A stretch of 64,000 nt of DNA from Alphaproteobacteria bacterium (lineage in GTDB: Bacteria; Pseudomonadota; Alphaproteobacteria; CALKHQ01), in contig CBDDFZ010000001.1 of NCBI GenBank assembly GCA_965227515.1, forward strand, positions 1,984,001 to 2,048,000. The letters run 5' to 3'. The notes under the pieces are model-generated. The model saw nothing but the letters and a program-made list of their open reading frames with translations, did no database searches and was not told the DNA's origin. Below are positions 58,449-64,000 of the stretch, piece after piece. The translations under genes were made by a program, and so were the position numbers. Position 1 is the first letter of the stretch. The number at the start of each line of letters is the position of its first letter.

Positions 58449-58727
58449 TCACCGCGCCGGTGCGTCGCGGCGCGGCGCGGAGATGTCGGTCTTCGCCGTC
58501 GCGACCTGGGTGCGCTCGTCGTGGTCTTGCGGCATCAGGCGGCGGCGCTGGTCGGTATCAGTCGCCTGCGTGGCGGTGTTGGCAATCGCGTGCTGGCCGG
58601 TGGTCAGCAGGGCATCGTCTGCGGAGGGCGTTGCGTCGGCCGGGGCGGCGAGGGCGATCAGCGTGGCGCACGCCAGCACGGCCGCGACGAGAATGCTGCG
58701 GCTGGTGTGTCGGATCGTGTTGGCCAT
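58449..58727 (-). CDS. Small secreted hypothetical protein
   Basis: AGGAGG RBS before ATG 58727; signal peptide ..LAAPADA. Confidence 0.65.
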   Translation of the reverse strand: MANTIRHTSRSILVAAVLACATLIALAAPADATPSADDALLTTGQHAIANTATQATDTDQRRRLMPQDHDERTQVATAKTDISAPRRDAPAR

Positions 58728-58833
58728 GATCGCCTCCTGGAACTCTGGGCCGCCGTGTTTGGCTGCCCGATGTCCAAGAAGTACCTGCCGACCGTCCGCC
58801 ACCCCATGGGGTCAACCCCCCATTTGTGCGGCC

Positions 58834-59019
58834 CTACTTCTGCTCGAGAAACAGTTCGATGTGACCGCAGGCCGTGCAGGCCCGCGCGGCGACCTGGCGG
58901 CCGCGGCGGAAGCTGCCCTCGCTCGGCAGCTTGAACCGCAGCGGCGCGTTCCAAACGACGTGGCCGTCCTCGAACCCGCTGCCGCCACACTTCAGGCACG
59001 TGTCGTCGGATGTTGTCAT
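58834..59019 (-). CDS. Small zinc-ribbon protein
   Basis: CLKCG ... CTACGHIELF; GGGGAG RBS before ATG 59019. Confidence 0.75.
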   Translation of the reverse strand: MTTSDDTCLKCGGSGFEDGHVVWNAPLRFKLPSEGSFRRGRQVAARACTACGHIELFLEQK

Positions 59020-59096
59020 GAGCGTACTCCCCGCGAACTGCGTTGAGGGGGAGGGTAGCACCGTCGCAATCACGCTGCGATCAGCGCGACAGGGTT

Positions 59097-59179
59097 GTAG
59101 CCCGGGTGGAACGAAGTGCAACCCGGGGACATACCTTCACCTCCAAGTTCCCCGGATTGCGCTCCGCACCATCCGGGCT
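59097..59179. repeat. GTAG-type REP doublet, right arm interrupted by IS110 copy 2
   Basis: GTAGCCCGGGTGGAACGAAGTGCAACCCGGGG ... CCCCGGATTGCGCTCCGCACCATCCGGGCT; the missing ACG resumes at 60600. Confidence 0.85.
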
Positions 59180-59209
59180 TCTGTAACGGGCCATTGTTGG
59201 TCAATCCCT

Positions 59210-59410
59210 TTTTCGTCGTCCCGGCGCCTGGGTCATGCTTCTGTACGGGGTCGGCGCAGGGCCGCCGCCAAGATGGATATGCGAGGATCGGTCGGTCCAA
59301 TCTACGGAAGCGTGCTCTCATGCGAGGCGACATCCCGGATGGCGGCCTGACCTGATCCATCGTCCCGGCGCGGGACGGCGCTCGACGGGCCGGTGTCGGT
59401 GCCCGTCGAA
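59210..59410 (-). ncRNA. Putative bridge/seek RNA (copy 2)
   Basis: Same sequence as 24600-24800 on the minus strand. Confidence 0.75.
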
Positions 59411-59443
59411 GCTCGTGTGTCGGTTCTCCTTATGCCGCGGCCA

Positions 59444-60487
59444 TCATGCTGTCGCCATCGCCGGGCGCACCGGTCCGGCATGGTTGAACGGTGTGCCGTC
59501 AACCCACATCCGGTGCATGATGACGGCGAGCCGGCGCGCCAGCGCGACCTTCGCCTTCCTCATGCCCGCACGCCTGGCCAGCTTCATCGCCCAGCTCTTC
59601 AGCCAGCCGCCCTCGATCGGCCGGGTCAGAACCACGTGCGCCGCCTCATAGAGGGCCGAGCGCACATCGGCGTCCCCTACCTTCGATATCCGCCCCATCA
59701 CCTCGCTCTCGCCCGACTGGCGCTTGGTCGGCGTCAGGCCGAAGTGCGCACCCACCAGGCGCGACGAGGCAAACCGCCCGGGGTCGTCCACTCCCGACAA
59801 GTAGGTCAGTCCGACAATGCTCCCCACGCCCGGCACCGTCATCAGCAGGCGAGCGCGATCGTCGGCCTGCGCCGCCGCCCGGACCTGCCGGTCCAGCGCC
59901 GTGAACGATAGCAACAGGCCATCGCGTGCCGACAGCAGCGCCCCCGCCACCGCCTCCAGTACCGGATGCCCCGCCACAAGCTCCGAAATACGTGTCGAAA
60001 AGCTGCGCCTGGTGGTGTGCCCTACCTTCAGCCCGAAGTTCCGCAGCTGACCACGAAGGTGCATCTCAAGATCGTGCAGCTTCGCGCGGAGCTGGTCGCG
60101 ACCCTTCAAAAGGGCCCGCATCTCCTGGGCCGCCAAAGACTTGCAGTGAACCGGACGAAACCAGCCCACACGCATCAGCTGAGCAATCCCGCGTGCGTCC
60201 GAGCGGTCCGACTTCACCGGCATCGTCGAAAGCGCTCGCGCAACATGACGCGTCTCCAGCAACTCAACCGAAAGACCGCCCTCGCTACATCCCCGCACAA
60301 GCCATTGCGACAACGGCCCCGCCTCAAGACCAATCCGCTCAACCGAAATCCCCAAAGACCCAAACCACAACAACAAACCCGCCGGCGTGCTCGCAATACG
60401 AGCCTCGCAGACAATCCCGCCCGCGCCGTCAACAACGCACACCGATGACCATTCCAAAGAAACGTCAATCCCGGCATAGTAGTTCAT
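59444..60487 (-). CDS. IS110-family DEDD recombinase/transposase
   Basis: Protein identical to 23523-24566. Confidence 0.96.
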   Translation of the reverse strand: MNYYAGIDVSLEWSSVCVVDGAGGIVCEARIASTPAGLLLWFGSLGISVERIGLEAGPLSQWLVRGCSEGGLSVELLETRHVARALSTMPVKSDRSDARGIAQLMRVGWFRPVHCKSLAAQEMRALLKGRDQLRAKLHDLEMHLRGQLRNFGLKVGHTTRRSFSTRISELVAGHPVLEAVAGALLSARDGLLLSFTALDRQVRAAAQADDRARLLMTVPGVGSIVGLTYLSGVDDPGRFASSRLVGAHFGLTPTKRQSGESEVMGRISKVGDADVRSALYEAAHVVLTRPIEGGWLKSWAMKLARRAGMRKAKVALARRLAVIMHRMWVDGTPFNHAGPVRPAMATA

Positions 60488-60597
60488 GGTCGTCTCTCCT
60501 CGATGTCTTGGAGCGGCAAACCCGACTCCGTGTATGACACCGACATCTTGAGGGACGACCACTCATGCACGCCACCAAACAAGGGCCGTTAGCCCAT

Positions 60598-60861
60598 CTA
60601 CGCTTGCTCATTCTGCTCCCGAACGAACCGGACAAGCTCGTTCATACGTTCATACGACTGAAACGCGACAATGGCGCGCTCGAACAAGACCCTGGTCACG
60701 AGCGGACCGAACAGAAGTGCCGTCCACCAAGCCCAATGATCGAGCGAGATCAGGACATAGGTGCCGTAGAGACACCCGCCAATGCCTGCCCAGAACAAGA
60801 CCTGAAGGACATAGGGCGAAATCATCTTTCTGAATGTCAGGATGTCGAGCGCGCTTCTCAT
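60598..60861 (-). CDS. Small membrane protein (DUF4282-like)
   Basis: TF.KMISP..LQ.LFW.G and P...RV.FE..IV.F pattern; GGGAGG RBS; stop TAG is the REP GTAG. Confidence 0.75.
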   Translation of the reverse strand: MRSALDILTFRKMISPYVLQVLFWAGIGGCLYGTYVLISLDHWAWWTALLFGPLVTRVLFERAIVAFQSYERMNELVRFVREQNEQA

Positions 60862-61000
60862 TTGAACCGTGCCTCCCTTGCTATGCCGGTGGTCCGGTCA
60901 TAACGGGCGCCGGTTCGGCGCGCCGGTCGGCGACGGCAAAGCAGCGACTCCCGAATGGCTTGGGGCCTCAAGGTCCGCACGTCGCCCAACGGCAAGCGAC

Positions 61001-61086
61001 CGTAGCCTGGGTGGAACGAAGTGCGACCGGGAATACCTCTCAGCATGCAACAGCCCCGGATTGCGCCCCGCGCCATCCGGGCTACG
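61001..61086. repeat. GTAG-type REP doublet (REPIN)
   Basis: CGTAGCCTGGGTGGAACGAAGTGCGACCGGG ... CCCCGGATTGCGCCCCGCGCCATCCGGGCTACG. Confidence 0.85.
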
Positions 61087-61172
61087 CGTGCTAATTACAT
61101 CCTTGAAGCAAAGGTGGTACTCTGCCAATGATGGCGGACCTGAAACTTGAAGTGGCATAAGAGTTATTAGGT

Positions 61173-62030
61173 ATGAAAAGAGAGGTACTAGCAAGCATTA
61201 GGCGGATGCCTGTGGCCCTCTTGTTGCCGTGCCTGGTTTTTAGTGCCGCATACGCCGATGAGTGTTTGAACCATATACCTCCCGAGTCTCATAACGACGT
61301 GATGCAAATTGCATACGAGGCCACCGTGGGTGGCCCAGCTCGGTCTGGCTGGGCGACGCAGGAATTCCCACGATTTGAGAGGAGCACTACGGTAACTGCC
61401 ATATTCTCCATAGATGGGCACGTTGTGGCGCCTGAGACCCATATTGCCTTTGAGCCTATTGGTCGTTACATTCATATACTAAGTGACATTGGAATAATAG
61501 AACATATTATGCTGTTCAGGCCTTCGGATGTTTTGAATGACATACAGTCAGTAGTCCGGCGAATTCACCAGGACTCGCCAAACTTAACGATATTCGTGAT
61601 TGAGTACATCGCTGATTGGTATAATGACGTACCGCCACGAAATGTACTGGGCGGCCCACTCGAGTGGGCGACAAAAAGGGGGTATATCGGACCGTATTTT
61701 CAGTATAGGTACAGTATGCCTGAGGCAGATATTTTGCTTGATCGCGAAAATTATATCAGGCTGGTTGTCGTGCAGCGTTCTATTAGAGACATACTTCGTG
61801 ACAACCGGCATAACTCAGAGGCTATACCGAATATGTTCAAGGAGTTTGGTTCGATTCTGTTGGGCATACCTCCCCATGCGGCTGAGCCATATATCTCCGA
61901 TCCTGATGACGTCTACTATGAATTGGTCAATTCGGCGGCGTGTGTGCTCCACCATGTGAACCCCAGCCGCGAAGCCAGTCGTGAGGATATCCTTCTAGAT
62001 ATCGCCGAATTCCTCGGGGCTCAGCGATAG
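61173..62030 (+). CDS. AT-rich orphan exported protein
   Basis: 285-aa ORF in low-GC DNA; signal peptide ..FSAAYA-D; stop TAG runs into CCCGGATG. Confidence 0.65.
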   Translation: MKREVLASIRRMPVALLLPCLVFSAAYADECLNHIPPESHNDVMQIAYEATVGGPARSGWATQEFPRFERSTTVTAIFSIDGHVVAPETHIAFEPIGRYIHILSDIGIIEHIMLFRPSDVLNDIQSVVRRIHQDSPNLTIFVIEYIADWYNDVPPRNVLGGPLEWATKRGYIGPYFQYRYSMPEADILLDRENYIRLVVVQRSIRDILRDNRHNSEAIPNMFKEFGSILLGIPPHAAEPYISDPDDVYYELVNSAACVLHHVNPSREASREDILLDIAEFLGAQR

Positions 62031-62055
62031 CCCGGATGTCACGGCGGCCCGGCTT

Positions 62056-62141
62056 GTAGCCCGGGCGGAACGAAGTGGAACACGGGGATGCCATTGAACA
62101 TGCGACGGCCCCGGATTGCGCTATGCTCGTTCCGAGCTGCG
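62056..62141. repeat. Degenerate GTAG-type REP doublet
   Basis: GTAGCCCGGGCGGAACGAAGTGGAACACGGGG ... CCCCGGATTGCGCTATGCTCGTTCCGAGCTGCG. Confidence 0.75.
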
Positions 62142-62171
62142 CTTGCTGCAGTTCCGTGCAATGTGATGACG

Positions 62172-62468
62172 TCAGCTCAGGTGCAGACCGAAATCCATCA
62201 TCAAGTGGAGAACGCGAACCACGCGAATACCGGATGAGATGGATTCATAGAAAATGGCGTGACGACCGGCATTGAAACGGTAGTAAGAGACGCCGGTACT
62301 GGTCCGAAACTCCCGGCCAATCTCGGGGGACGCCGCTGCGGCCCGAATGGCCGATAAGATCGTTTCTCTGTAAAGCTCGGCGCGAGCATTTCCGAAGTTT
62401 CGTACGCTGTAGCGAAATATCTTTATCAGGTCTCGGTCTGCCTCGGCAGACAGGATGTACTCAGCCAT
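62172..62468 (-). CDS. parE: RelE/ParE family toxin
   Basis: Y.LS.EA..DL..I..Y...FG...A..Y, P.IG, H.IFY, I..VRVLH..MD. Confidence 0.88.
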   Translation of the reverse strand: MAEYILSAEADRDLIKIFRYSVRNFGNARAELYRETILSAIRAAAASPEIGREFRTSTGVSYYRFNAGRHAIFYESISSGIRVVRVLHLMMDFGLHLS

Positions 62469-62625
62469 CCCTCTCCAGTTTCAAGGCGTCGTCGAAAACT
62501 TCCTCGACGGTCCGCTTACTGTTGCCGCTCCTTCGTCCAGCCTCGAGGGCCGCATCCAGGGATTCTCGATCCCGGATCGGGTCAGGCCACACATGCTCGG
62601 GTGGCGATTTGCGTGTGTCGTCCAT
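62461..62625 (-). CDS. Short ParD-like antitoxin candidate
   Basis: 54 aa with L.AAL..G..SG.S....EEVF, overlapping the parE start. Confidence 0.6.
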   Translation of the reverse strand: MDDTRKSPPEHVWPDPIRDRESLDAALEAGRRSGNSKRTVEEVFDDALKLERDG

Positions 62626-62688
62626 CCAGAGAAGATAGCACTGATCGGCGGACACAGGAACTGCGGCGCTCAAATCTGCCCGCACACA

Positions 62689-63588
62689 TCAACTCACCAG
62701 CCCCAGCCCCACCTTCTCGGCCGTTTCCATGCAGTATGAATACGCCATCCGGCCGTAGACGTCGGGCAGGGCGACCTTGGGGTCTTGCTCGGCCTCGACC
62801 ATGATCCAGCCGTCGTAGTTCTGCTCGGCCAGTTCGCGGAAAAAAGGCGCGTAGTCGATGGAGCCGTCGCCGGGCACGGTGAACACGCCGTCCAGCACCC
62901 CTGCGAAGAAGCTGCCGTCATTGGCCTTCAGGTCGGCCAGCACCGGCTCGCGGATGTCCTTGACGTGGACGTGGTTCAGCCGCTTGCCCCAGCGCTTGAG
63001 GGTGGCCAGCCAGTCGCCGCCGGCGAACTTCATGTGGCCGGTGTCGATCAGCAGGTGCACCGCCTCGCCGGTGTTGTTCATCAGCTTGTCGACCTCGTCC
63101 TCGGTCTCGACATAGGTGCCCATGTGGTGGTGGAACGCCATCGGCACGCCTTCGCCGGCCATGTACTCGGCGAGCTGGGTCAGCTTGGCGCCATAGGGCT
63201 TCCAGTCCTCGTCGGAGAACTTCGGCCGCTGGCTGACCGGGGTGTCGAACTGGCCCTGCACCGAGCCCGCCGTCTCCGCCACCACCATGTTCGGCGCGCC
63301 CAGCGCCTTGAACAGGTCCATCTGCGGGCGCTGCGCCTCGATCTCCTCCTCCACCGAGCGGCGGGAAAGCTCGGCGCCGTACCAGCCGGAGATCAACTTG
63401 AGGTCGTACTTGTCCAGCAGCGGGCCCAGCTCGTCGGCGGTGGTGGGCATGCGCGCGCACAACTCCACCCCGACATAGCCGCAGTCGTGCACCTCCGACA
63501 GGCACTGGTCGACGGAGATGTGGGCGCTGATCTCCGGCTTGTCGCCGTTCATCCAGCCGATCGGCGCCATGCCAAGACGTGCGGTCAT
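62689..63588 (-). CDS. iolE: Myo-inosose-2 dehydratase
   Basis: APIGW.N.D, SGWY, HHHMGT.VE, DTGH, HVHVKD, FTVPGDG, VEAEQDP. Confidence 0.95.
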   Translation of the reverse strand: MTARLGMAPIGWMNGDKPEISAHISVDQCLSEVHDCGYVGVELCARMPTTADELGPLLDKYDLKLISGWYGAELSRRSVEEEIEAQRPQMDLFKALGAPNMVVAETAGSVQGQFDTPVSQRPKFSDEDWKPYGAKLTQLAEYMAGEGVPMAFHHHMGTYVETEDEVDKLMNNTGEAVHLLIDTGHMKFAGGDWLATLKRWGKRLNHVHVKDIREPVLADLKANDGSFFAGVLDGVFTVPGDGSIDYAPFFRELAEQNYDGWIMVEAEQDPKVALPDVYGRMAYSYCMETAEKVGLGLVS

Positions 63589-63652
63589 TCCAGTGGTCCT
63601 TTCAGTTCACGCGGGCGGGTTAGGCCGCTTCCGCGCGTATCAAATACTGTAC

Positions 63653-63826
63653 TGTCATCCTTGGCCGGAGCCCACCGCGCTTGCCCTCCAGCAAGCGCGG
63701 GGCGGAGTGCCGAGGATCCATCCATGGGCAGGGGTGAGATACTGCCGGCATTTCGCGCATTGGGGCGCAATGGACCCTCGACGCGGCGCGCGGAACACGT
63801 TCCGTGCGCGCCGGTCAAGGGTGACA
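63653..63826. repeat. Palindromic intergenic repeat
   Basis: TGTCATCCTTGGCCG..GGATCCAT / ATGGACC..CGGTCAAGGGTGACA; related to 56228. Confidence 0.75.
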
Positions 63827-63839
63827 ACGGGAATTGGGC

Positions 63840-64000
63840 TCAAACACCAACACGCTGTTTCGAGGCGCGGTCGGCGGTGTGCTCCTTGGTGGCGGCGTTC
63901 ACGCTGTCGCGCTGGCTCACCTCCGGCACGCCGACATCCCACCAGCCGAAGCCCGGCGTCCACTCGTTGTGGCTCACCTTGATCGAGATCACCGTGGTGC
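63840..64000 (-). CDS. iolD: IolD (THcHDO hydrolase), C-terminal fragment
   Basis: Manual translation TTVISIKVSHNEWTPGFGWWDVGVPEVSQRDSV..RVGV*; WWDV.VPEVS is the IolD tail; upstream of iolE. Confidence 0.85.
   Translation of the reverse strand, partial: TTVISIKVSHNEWTPGFGWWDVGVPEVSQRDSVNAATKEHTADRASKQRVGV

Larger units (their letters stand above)
59180..60597 (-). mobile_element. IS110-family (IS1111-type) element, copy 2, inserted in a GTAG REP
   Basis: Reverse complement of 23413-24830 with at least two synonymous differences; flanked by AG core on the minus strand. Confidence 0.93.

Noticed and set aside
58352-62141. Integron attC sites
   Set aside because: The hairpins have GTAG/CTAC ends rather than RYYYAAC/GTTRRRY; genes lie in both orientations; no integron integrase seen

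Overview
GC-rich alphaproteobacterial chromosome segment (gene set and order are Rhodospirillales-like, by inference). The housekeeping backbone comprises serB/miaA, ilvIHC, mreBCD-mrdA-rodA, nadE, sahR-metF-metE, hemF-trmL, a sugar ABC operon, ppx, sulP and iolE/iolD. It is interspersed with three families of palindromic repeats, a RAYT-like Y1 transposase, an IS630, two toxin-antitoxin modules, four RTX-repeat proteins and two AT-rich orphan genes. The strongest signal is a 1418-bp IS110/IS1111-type element present twice in opposite orientation (23413-24830 and 59180-60597). Each copy is inserted at the AG of the GTAG head of a REP palindrome. Its 264-nt non-coding right end can be folded by eye into a bridge/seek-RNA-like structure in which four candidate guide segments can be read directly: two match the REP target (CCATCCGGG, CGTAG) and two match the predicted circle junction (CCATCTT, TACAGAAG). 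This points to an RNA-guided recombinase programmed against the host REP family, with perfect empty targets elsewhere in the window. Also notable: a REP-delimited array of small genes (58.3-62.6 kb), a Fur-like box upstream of a tandem RTX cluster, and a structured 5' leader of sulP. All calls come from reading the sequence and motifs; no database searches were run.
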